A stretch of 64,000 bases of DNA from Candidatus Omnitrophota bacterium. GTDB taxonomy: Bacteria; Omnitrophota; Gorgyraeia; Gygaellales; Profunditerraquicolaceae. Shown piece by piece: positions 57,037-64,000 of the stretch. Both the position numbers and the translations under genes were made by a program. Under the pieces are notes generated by a model. That model saw nothing but the letters and a program-made list of their open reading frames with translations, did no database searches and had not been told where the DNA came from. Where the stretch lies: assembly GCA_028715415.1 (NCBI GenBank), contig JAQURX010000003.1, positions 57,903 to 121,902 on the forward strand. Direction: 5' to 3'. Positions within the stretch are counted from its first letter, which is position 1; every line of letters starts with the position of its first letter.

Positions 57037-58043
57037 TCAAGGAGAATAAAATTCTGCTTTCCCATGGTGCAGGCGGTAAATTAATGCACGGGCTTGTTAA
57101 AGATTTACTGCTTAAAAAATTGGGAAATCCGATTTTAAACGAGTTGACAGATAGCGCTTTGATAAAGTTTAAAGAAACAATTGCTTTTACTACTGATTCT
57201 TTTGTGGTTTATCCTTTAGAATTCTCCGGCGCAGATATAGGGAAGCTTTCGGTTTGCGGCACAATCAATGACCTGGTAATGCAGGGGGCTGAGCCAAAAT
57301 ATATCTCTTTAGCCCTGATTATTGAAGAAGGTTTTGATAAAGGTTTATTGGAAAAAATAATTAATTCTGTTTCTTTGGCTTGCCGTTTGTCAAAAGTAAG
57401 TGTTGCAGCTGGAGATTTAAAAGTTGTTGAAAAAGGGGCAGCAGATAAGATTTTTATTAATACCTCTGGGATAGGTTTGACAGTTAACAAAAAGCCTTTA
57501 TCTTATAGAAATATTAAAGCAGGGGATAAGGTTATTTTAACCGGTAAGATCGCCCAACATGGCCTTGCGGTTTTGGCAAAAAGAAATGAATTAAATTTAG
57601 GTTTTAATATAAAAAGCGATTGTGCTTGTTTGAATGGTTTAATTATTCCTTTGCTTAAGAAGGATGATTCCATAAAGTTTATGCGTGATCCAACCCGGGG
57701 AGGGTTAGCCACAACCCTCAATGAAATCTCCCAACAGACCGGCAAGGGCATTGTTATTAATGAAAAGAATATAGCAATTGATAAAAAAGTAAAAGCAGCT
57801 TGTGAATTGCTTGGGATTGATCCTTTGTATGTTGCTAATGAAGGCCTGGCTGTGATTATCGCCGAAGATGGAACCCAAGAAAATATCGTAAGGCAATTAA
57901 AGAAGCATCCACTTGGGAAAAATGCTGCAGTAATCGGAGAAGTAGTAAATAATCCGAAGTCAAAAGTAGTATTAAACACCGTCTTAAATACAAAGCGGAT
58001 TATTGATATGTTAAACGCCGAAGCGCTGCCAAGGATTTGTTAA
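57033..58043 (+). CDS. hypE: hydrogenase maturation factor HypE
   Basis: AIR-synthase-related fold starting LSHGAGGK. The C-terminal ...EALPRIC ends in the diagnostic PRIC cysteine. Confidence 0.85.
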   Translation: MIKENKILLSHGAGGKLMHGLVKDLLLKKLGNPILNELTDSALIKFKETIAFTTDSFVVYPLEFSGADIGKLSVCGTINDLVMQGAEPKYISLALIIEEGFDKGLLEKIINSVSLACRLSKVSVAAGDLKVVEKGAADKIFINTSGIGLTVNKKPLSYRNIKAGDKVILTGKIAQHGLAVLAKRNELNLGFNIKSDCACLNGLIIPLLKKDDSIKFMRDPTRGGLATTLNEISQQTGKGIVINEKNIAIDKKVKAACELLGIDPLYVANEGLAVIIAEDGTQENIVRQLKKHPLGKNAAVIGEVVNNPKSKVVLNTVLNTKRIIDMLNAEALPRIC

Positions 58044-58044
58044 T

Positions 58045-58782
58045 ATGAAAACCGATAGTTTTCAAAGAAGGTTTTACAGGGATTGGGTGAAGGCCAAGGA
58101 TTTATATTTAACCAGGATTGCTGCCAAAGAAACAGATTTGTATATTCTTACCAACAAGCCTTTAGATAAGAATTATATAGAGCAAAGAATTTTTTCTTAT
58201 CGCTGGGATATTGAAAAATATATAAGCAAAGACCATCGATTCCTGACAGCATTAAAACCTTTATCTGTGGAAATAAATGCCCCTGAGATTGTAAGGGATA
58301 TGAGCAGGGAGGCGACAAAAGCCAATGTCGGGCCAATGGCATCAGTAGCCGGGGCTATCGCAGGCTTCTTAGGAAATGATTTATTAAAGAAGAAATATAA
58401 AGATGTTATTATTGAGAATGGAGGAGACATCTTTTTAAAAACAACCAAGGCCAGAAAAATCGGGATTTACGCTGGAAAGTCAAAATTATGGAATAGGTTG
58501 TCTATTAAAATAAACGCGAAAGACACTCCAATTAGCGTTTGTACTTCATCCGGGACTATAGGGCATTCTTTAAGTTTTGGTTGTGCCGATAGCGTAATTA
58601 TTCTTTCAAAAAATTCCTCATTAGCTGATGCCGTGGCTACCGCAACTGCCAATATTGTGCAATCAAAGAACGATCTTCAAAAGGCTTTGGACTTTGCACG
58701 CAAGATAAAAGGCGTTATTGGGGTAGTAATTATCCTAAAAAATAACCTCGTAAGCTGGGGCAAGGTTGAATTTGTCAAATAG
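58045..58782 (+). CDS. UPF0280/ApbE-superfamily-like protein
   Basis: 245 aa. Recalled resemblance to COG2122 family proteins (...GPMASVAGAIAGF...IENGGDIFL...). Low certainty. Confidence 0.35.
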   Translation: MKTDSFQRRFYRDWVKAKDLYLTRIAAKETDLYILTNKPLDKNYIEQRIFSYRWDIEKYISKDHRFLTALKPLSVEINAPEIVRDMSREATKANVGPMASVAGAIAGFLGNDLLKKKYKDVIIENGGDIFLKTTKARKIGIYAGKSKLWNRLSIKINAKDTPISVCTSSGTIGHSLSFGCADSVIILSKNSSLADAVATATANIVQSKNDLQKALDFARKIKGVIGVVIILKNNLVSWGKVEFVK

Positions 58783-58987
58783 GCCCCTATTTTTTTCTTT
58801 CCTCGTCGGTAAAATTAAAATTAAAAAAACCTTTAAAAATTAAAAATTACTTGACATAGGCTGTATATTGTGATAAAAATTTACTATAAATACATTGTTA
58901 GTGATTTTATTTGGAGGGTAAATTAATAAAATTGGAAAACCAGGAAAAAGGTAAAGGCTCTTAAGGAAAAGGAAAGAGCCTTTTTTT

Positions 58988-59986
58988 ATGAATTATATGA
59001 AAACTGTAGGTTTAACATACGATTTAAAATCAGATTACGAGTTTAAAGCAGGCGATCCGCCTGATGCTAATGCTGAATTTGACCATCCAACCACTATTGA
59101 TGTTATCGCGGATGCGATAAGATCCAATGATTTTAAAGTAAAAAAGATTGGTAATGTCACAAACCTGCTTGAAAAGATAGAGAATCTTGGCGTTGACATT
59201 GTTTTTAATATCTCAGAAGGCTTAGAAGGCAGAAATAGGGAATCTCAGGTCCCGATAATATTAGAGATGGCCAATGTTCCATTTGTTGGGGCAGATGCTT
59301 TGACTCTGGGGTTGACTCTTGATAAAATTATGGCGAAAAAGATTTTTATCGCCGATAAAATCCCTACCCCAAAATTCTTCACTGTCAGCTCGGTTGAAGA
59401 ATTAATCAATACCGATCACTGCAAATTTCCGTTAATCGTAAAGCCCAGGTTCGAAGGCTCTTCTAAGGGTTTAAGTGATAATTCCCGTGTTGAAAATAAA
59501 GAAGATCTTGCGAAACAAGTCAGCTACATAGTAAATACCTATAAACAGCCGGCTTTGGTTGAGGAGTTTATTTCCGGGCAGGAGTTTACGGTTGCCATTA
59601 TCGGTAATGAGAATCCTGAAGCCCTGCCTGTCGTACAGATTAAGATAGACGGACGACTGAAATTGAATGATAAATTTTATACTTTTACGCGTATCCAGTC
59701 TGACAGGCTTGAGTATATATGCCCTGCAAAAATTTCCAGTGATTTAAGCAATAAAATAAAAGAACTCGCTATTAAGACTTATAAAGCTGTAGATTGCCGT
59801 GATTTTGGAAGAGTTGATTTTAGGGTTGATAATGAAGGCAACCCTTATGTTTTAGAGATAAATCCTTTACCGTCTTTGTCCACAGAAGATGTGTTTAAAT
59901 TGGTGGCAGAGACTATCGGCATTACTTACGAAGAAATAATCGGAAGAATTTTAAAGGCTGCTTTAATCAGAAACAGCCTTAACTAA
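58988..59986 (+). CDS. D-alanine--D-alanine ligase-family ATP-grasp enzyme (paralogue 1)
   Basis: VPFVGADALTLGLTLDK, FPLIVKPRFEGSSKG, ALVEEFISGQEFTVAIIG, DFGRVDFRVD...PYVLEINPLPSL. Confidence 0.7.
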   Translation: MNYMKTVGLTYDLKSDYEFKAGDPPDANAEFDHPTTIDVIADAIRSNDFKVKKIGNVTNLLEKIENLGVDIVFNISEGLEGRNRESQVPIILEMANVPFVGADALTLGLTLDKIMAKKIFIADKIPTPKFFTVSSVEELINTDHCKFPLIVKPRFEGSSKGLSDNSRVENKEDLAKQVSYIVNTYKQPALVEEFISGQEFTVAIIGNENPEALPVVQIKIDGRLKLNDKFYTFTRIQSDRLEYICPAKISSDLSNKIKELAIKTYKAVDCRDFGRVDFRVDNEGNPYVLEINPLPSLSTEDVFKLVAETIGITYEEIIGRILKAALIRNSLN

Positions 59987-60005
59987 TTATAAAAGGAGCC
60001 TCGGG

Positions 60006-61007
60006 GTGAAAATCGCCCTGACGTACAATCTTAAAAAGAAGGACGAATCAAAACCGGTGGATTATTTCTCGGAATTTGATTCTGAAGAAACTGTCAATGC
60101 TATTATCCAGGCTATGAAAAATAAAGGCCATAGCGTTGATGCGATTGACGTAGAATACCCGAAGTTATTTTCTTATTTTAGAAAAAACCGCGTTGACATG
60201 GTTTTTAATATAGCGGAAGGGACATGTGGTAAGTTCCGTGAATCAGAAGTCCCTGCGATATTGGATTATTTGGATATCCCCTACACCGGCTCTAATACTT
60301 TTTCTCTCGCCTTAGCTTTAAATAAAGCGCTTACCAAAAAAATCTTAAAAGCAGAAAATATTCCCACTCCTCATTTCCAAGTTTTCTCGAGGGGCAATGA
60401 GGAATTAGACCCTATCTTAAAATTTCCTTTGATAGTTAAACCTAATTGCGAAGGTTCTGCAAAAGGCATTAATAAATCCAATGTAGTAAGGACTAAAGAG
60501 GAATTATTAAACAAGACCAAAGAATTAATAAGAGACTATAAGCAGGAAGCTTTGGTTGAGGAGTTTATAGAAGGTAAAGAGCTAACCGTAGGTATCCTTG
60601 AAAATGGCAAAACCACGGTTTTGCCTATTTTAGAGATTGATTTTTCCAATTGCTCAAATAGTGGAGAGTTTTTTTATTCCTGGAGGATGAAAGAATATCA
60701 AGGGAACAAAGATTTGGGGTTAGTCCCTACTTTTCATTGCCCGGCGCGCCTTGATAAAGAAGTTGAGAATCGCGTAAGGGAAGTGGCTTTAAGGACCCAT
60801 CGGGCTGTCGGTTGTTTTGATATATCACGCACAGATATACGTCTGAGCAAGGATAACATTCCTTATGTTTTAGAAATTAATCCTTTGCCCGGGCTTGATC
60901 CCAAAGAGTCTAATTTTCCAATTATGGCTTATGCCGCAGGATTAAAATTTGAAGACTTAATTGAGGCAATATTAAAAAGCGCCTCAGAAAGGAAAAGGCT
61001 TAATTGA
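60006..61007 (+). CDS. D-alanine--D-alanine ligase-family ATP-grasp enzyme (paralogue 2)
   Basis: Same motif set as paralogue 1 (IPYTGSNTFSLALALNK, FPLIVKPNCEGSAKG, ALVEEFIEGKELTVGIL, CFDISRTDIRL...PYVLEINPLPGL). GTG start. Its stop overlaps the kamA start. Confidence 0.7.
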   Translation: MKIALTYNLKKKDESKPVDYFSEFDSEETVNAIIQAMKNKGHSVDAIDVEYPKLFSYFRKNRVDMVFNIAEGTCGKFRESEVPAILDYLDIPYTGSNTFSLALALNKALTKKILKAENIPTPHFQVFSRGNEELDPILKFPLIVKPNCEGSAKGINKSNVVRTKEELLNKTKELIRDYKQEALVEEFIEGKELTVGILENGKTTVLPILEIDFSNCSNSGEFFYSWRMKEYQGNKDLGLVPTFHCPARLDKEVENRVREVALRTHRAVGCFDISRTDIRLSKDNIPYVLEINPLPGLDPKESNFPIMAYAAGLKFEDLIEAILKSASERKRLN

Positions 61008-62191
61008 GCAATACCGAAGCAGTAGAAAATCAAAAATTATTACAGGAAGCTGCCCCAGTAGTCCGTTCAGTTAAAAGGCCGCGTGATTATCAGCAAATAG
61101 GTTTATATAAAGATGTTAATCCCTTGGATTGGGAAGATTGGCATTGGCAATTAAAACATAGAATCCGCACAAAGGATGAATTAACCCAGATAATTAAACT
61201 TTCTCCTGAAGAAGAGAAAGGTATAGATAAAGCAAAGGGGAGATTGTCTATGGCAATCACTCCTTATTGGGGCACGCTTTTGGATCCCGAAGATCCAACT
61301 TGCCCAATTAGAAGGCAGGCAGTTCCGGTTATTGATGAATCTGTAGTTTCTCCTCATGAAATGACAGATCCTTGCGCGGAAGACAGGGATTCTCCGGCGC
61401 CTCATCTTGTGCACAGGTACCCGGATAGAGTTTTATTATTAGCAACTGATCACTGCGCTATGTATTGCAGGCATTGCACAAGAAGAAGGCTCGTGGGAGA
61501 AAATGGGCATCCGGATCATAATTCTCCAAACAGATTTGACGCGGCTATAGAATATATAAGGCAGAATCGCAAAATTAGGGATGTGCTTATTTCAGGAGGA
61601 GACCCTCTGATTTTAGAGGATGATGAATTAGAGGATTTAGTCCAGAAGATTCGTTCAATATCTCATGTGGAATTCTTAAGGATAGGAACGCGTGTTCCTG
61701 TAACTCTTCCTCAGCGTGTCACCGAAAAACTTGTTAACATGCTTAAAAAATATTCTCCTATCTGGATGAGTATACATTTTAACCATCCCAAAGAAATTAC
61801 CAAGCGTTGCAAGATGGCCTGTGATATGCTTTCTGATGCCGGGATTCCCTTAGGAAGCCAGACAGTCCTTTTAAAAGGTATAAATGACCGGCCATATATT
61901 ATGAAAAAACTTGTACACGAACTCTTGCAGATTAGGGTCAGGCCTTATTACATATATCAATGCGACCCTGTAAGAGGAACGCAGCATTTCCGCACACCGG
62001 TTGCAACCGGGATTAATATAATGGAGAAACTCCGCGGGCATACTTCAGGTTACGCAATTCCTACCTATGTTATTGACGGACCCGGTGGCGGAGGAAAGAT
62101 TCCAATCGGGCCAAATTACATCCTTTCACAGGCAAAAGGCAAATACGTCTTGCGCAATTACAAAGGCAAGATATATACCTATCTAGAATAA
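61004..62191 (+). CDS. kamA: KamA-family radical SAM aminomutase (lysine 2,3-aminomutase-like)
   Basis: CAMYCRHCTRRR is the CxxxCxxC motif. ISGGDPL. Overall KamA/EpmB collinearity. 395 aa, which is between EpmB and clostridial KamA in size. Confidence 0.75.
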   Translation: MSNTEAVENQKLLQEAAPVVRSVKRPRDYQQIGLYKDVNPLDWEDWHWQLKHRIRTKDELTQIIKLSPEEEKGIDKAKGRLSMAITPYWGTLLDPEDPTCPIRRQAVPVIDESVVSPHEMTDPCAEDRDSPAPHLVHRYPDRVLLLATDHCAMYCRHCTRRRLVGENGHPDHNSPNRFDAAIEYIRQNRKIRDVLISGGDPLILEDDELEDLVQKIRSISHVEFLRIGTRVPVTLPQRVTEKLVNMLKKYSPIWMSIHFNHPKEITKRCKMACDMLSDAGIPLGSQTVLLKGINDRPYIMKKLVHELLQIRVRPYYIYQCDPVRGTQHFRTPVATGINIMEKLRGHTSGYAIPTYVIDGPGGGGKIPIGPNYILSQAKGKYVLRNYKGKIYTYLE

Positions 62192-62254
62192 AAAATACCA
62201 GTTTTCTTATTCTTCCTTCCAATTTTTATTTGTTCTGCAATAGAGAAAACTGAT

Positions 62255-62650
62255 TTACTTCCGCGTCTGCCTTGTCTTCTGTTTTCTCGGGGACGCTTAT
62301 TTTGCCCCTGCGAGGCAAAATTTCGCTCCCCTGCGGTGCCTCGCTCTGCCTACTTTCTATTTAGCTGGGCATCCGTGCCCGCTCGGCATCCTCGGAGGCC
62401 CCGATAAAACAAAAGCCAAGCCATCCGCTTAAACAGATTATCTATAGCTTTATGGTTTTTGCTGGAGGCACATTAGAAGATTTTTGGCACAGCTATAAAC
62501 ATTAGTGCGCAAGGATTTACGAGGAGCGAAGGACAGCTATAAAAGAACGCTAAGCCGTAGCGACGTGGTAAATCGCAGCGCACGGCAAAAATCTTCAGTG
62601 CCGGAAGCGAAAACCATAAAGCAAAGTTCGCTTTATGCTAGGACAAGACA
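62255..62650. repeat. ~395-bp structured non-coding repeat, copy B (inverted relative to copy A at 40950-41345)
   Basis: Aligned by eye as the reverse complement: e.g. 62461 gctggaggcacattagaagatttttggc versus copy A ccaaaaattttctaatgtgcctccagc. No ORF is conserved between the two copies. Confidence 0.7.
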
Positions 62651-62850
62651 GCCTCAAAAGAGTTAGTTCATCATCAGGAATTACTTGACTCTTTATTAAA
62701 AAGATTATAAACTAAATTCAAGATTGTTATCTTTAAAAAGGTATAGTTTTATGTCTGTAGCAATAAAACAAATAAGTATTTTCATAGTCAAAGCCCAAGA
62801 TTTGCGTAGAAATACGTAGATGCTTGGGTTTATATTAATAAGGAGAAAAT

Positions 62851-63246
62851 ATGCTTAAGAAAAAAGTTCTCATTGTTGACGACGAAAAAGACTTTACAAA
62901 GATGACTAAGATTAACCTTGAAGCTACGGGGGAGTACGAAGTTTTCATTGAAAATATTTCCAATAAAGCCCTGGAAAAAGCTAAAGAAGTTAAGCCGGAT
63001 ATTATTTTATTAGACATCTTAATGCCTGATACTGATGGGTTTACTATTTTAAAAAGGCTTAAAAAAGATGAAAGCACTATTTCTATACCGGTTGTTATGC
63101 TTACTGCTGTATCCACTGAAGCTGCAAAAACCCAGGCAACAAGTTTATATGATGAAGGTTATATTGAGAAGCCAATAACGATTGAGGATTTAATAGCTAA
63201 GATTGAATCTGTCTTAAGAATACGCTGGGGTAGAGGTGTTAAATAA
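62851..63246 (+). CDS. stand-alone response-regulator receiver (REC) domain protein
   Basis: 131 aa. VLIVDDE, the phospho-acceptor Asp in ILLDILMPDTDG, and the conserved T and K positions. No output domain. Confidence 0.8.
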   Translation: MLKKKVLIVDDEKDFTKMTKINLEATGEYEVFIENISNKALEKAKEVKPDIILLDILMPDTDGFTILKRLKKDESTISIPVVMLTAVSTEAAKTQATSLYDEGYIEKPITIEDLIAKIESVLRIRWGRGVK

Positions 63247-63388
63247 GGTAAGCTTAAGTTCATTTTGCTTGACCCCTAAGTTGCGCTGTAATATAATCTA
63301 ACTACCGCTTTTTGAATGATAGCAATTTTGATCAATCCGTTTTTCTTTTAAATAATCCAAAGTCAATACCAGACAAAGGAGTAAAGAG

Positions 63389-64000
63389 ATGGATATTCAG
63401 AATAAGCGCAATTTCATTCTATTGGGACACGCCCAATCAGGCAAAACCAGCCTCGCGGAAAGCATCCTTTACCTTTGCAAAGCAACCACTCGCAAAGGGA
63501 CAATTTTAGAAGGTAACACGGTAAGCGACTATAGTTTTGATGAGATAGAGAGAAAAAGTTCAATTAACGCTGGTTTTCTCTATTGTGATTATAAAGGTGC
63601 AAGGTTTCAGATTGTGGATTCACCCGGATATGCGGATTTCGGCGGGGAAGTTATGTCTGGGGTGCGCGCAGTTGACAGTGGAATTATTGTTATTGACGGC
63701 GCAAGCGGGGTTGAAGTTGGCACTGAACGCTCTTGGCAGATTTTAGAAGAACAAAACCTTCCTTGCATGTTTTTTATTAACAAAGTGGATAAGGAAGGGA
63801 TTGATATACATAAAGTTTTAACTCAGCTTAAAACTACGCTTTCAAAGAGTTGCGTAATAGTAAGTACTTTGGAAGATCCGGATTTAATGGAAGCTATTGC
63901 TGAAAGCGATGACAATCTTTTGACGAAATATCTGGAAACATTAAGATTGTCTCCGGATGAGTTAAAGAATGGCCTTAAACAGGCAGTAATCAAGCGGAAA
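63389..64000 (+). CDS. EF-G-family translational GTPase paralogue (N-terminal 204 aa; continues beyond window)
   Basis: This frame is not in the ORF track because it has no stop inside the window. G1 is unusual (GHAQSGKTSL rather than AHIDAGKTT), G3 is DSPG and G4 is NKVD. Resembles EF-G and Tet(M)-like N-termini. Confidence 0.65.
   Translation, partial: MDIQNKRNFILLGHAQSGKTSLAESILYLCKATTRKGTILEGNTVSDYSFDEIERKSSINAGFLYCDYKGARFQIVDSPGYADFGGEVMSGVRAVDSGIIVIDGASGVEVGTERSWQILEEQNLPCMFFINKVDKEGIDIHKVLTQLKTTLSKSCVIVSTLEDPDLMEAIAESDDNLLTKYLETLRLSPDELKNGLKQAVIKRK

Noticed and set aside
1-64000. CRISPR arrays and rRNA genes
   Set aside because: Scanning the whole window found no regularly spaced 25-40-bp direct repeats and no rRNA-like conserved blocks. 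The only tRNA-like sequences are tRNA-Gln and its fragments.

Overview
This window is AT-rich bacterial chromosome with two parts. The first is a housekeeping backbone, the second a roughly 14.4 kb integrative island at a tRNA-Gln(CUG) gene. All calls below come from reading the sequence and recalling family motifs; no database search was run.

Backbone genes, in order:
- YmdB phosphoesterase (C-terminal part), a secreted glycoside-hydrolase-like protein, xseA/xseB, dxs.
- A four-subunit 2-oxoacid:ferredoxin oxidoreductase (delta-alpha-beta-gamma), gltX, a small lipoprotein, an ArnT-like membrane glycosyltransferase, and a CBS-pair protein.
- After the island: znuABC, a FemAB-like acyltransferase, and a large membrane protein.
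- An ArsR regulator followed by a six-gene group-4 hydrogenase-like module (HyfB/C/E/F plus NuoCD-like large and NuoB-like small subunits).
- A B12-radical SAM enzyme, a CsaA-like tRNA-binding protein, a YkgJ-type CxxCxxCC protein, a DnaQ-like exonuclease, pabB/pabC.
- A truncated hypF (Kae1-like domain only), hypC, hypD, a TPR/transglutaminase-like lipoprotein, a PilZ fusion protein, an HhH-GPD glycosylase, an outer-membrane protein, an M20 peptidase, PAC2, HAD, hypE, UPF0280.
- Two tandem Ddl-like ATP-grasp ligases, a KamA-family aminomutase, an orphan REC domain, and the start of an EF-G paralogue.

The island runs from about 11.97 to 26.39 kb. It is bounded on the left by a 39-nt 5' fragment of tRNA-Gln and on the right by the intact tRNA-Gln next to a tyrosine integrase and an AlpA-like gene. 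Its cargo looks like a defense island:
- a DUF4238 protein and a convergent HExxH protein;
- a C-protein/Mod/Res type III restriction-modification operon, followed by an unknown gene translationally coupled to res and three more unknown genes;
- an XRE regulator with a PEP-CTERM repeat protein;
- several further hypotheticals.

The points most worth a second look:
- the uncharacterised four-gene cassette riding downstream of the RM operon;
- the hydrogenase-like large subunit, in which both NiFe cysteine motifs are replaced (RVSGDSSFAHS; DPSFRNW), making this an Ehr-type complex that sits near hypCDE and a truncated hypF;
- a ~395-bp structured non-coding repeat present in two inverted copies 21 kb apart;
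- a short palindromic repeat family that also occurs in-frame inside korA;
- a KamA plus double ATP-grasp cluster;
- a second 24-bp att-like duplication just 3' of tRNA-Gln.

No CRISPR array and no rRNA were seen.
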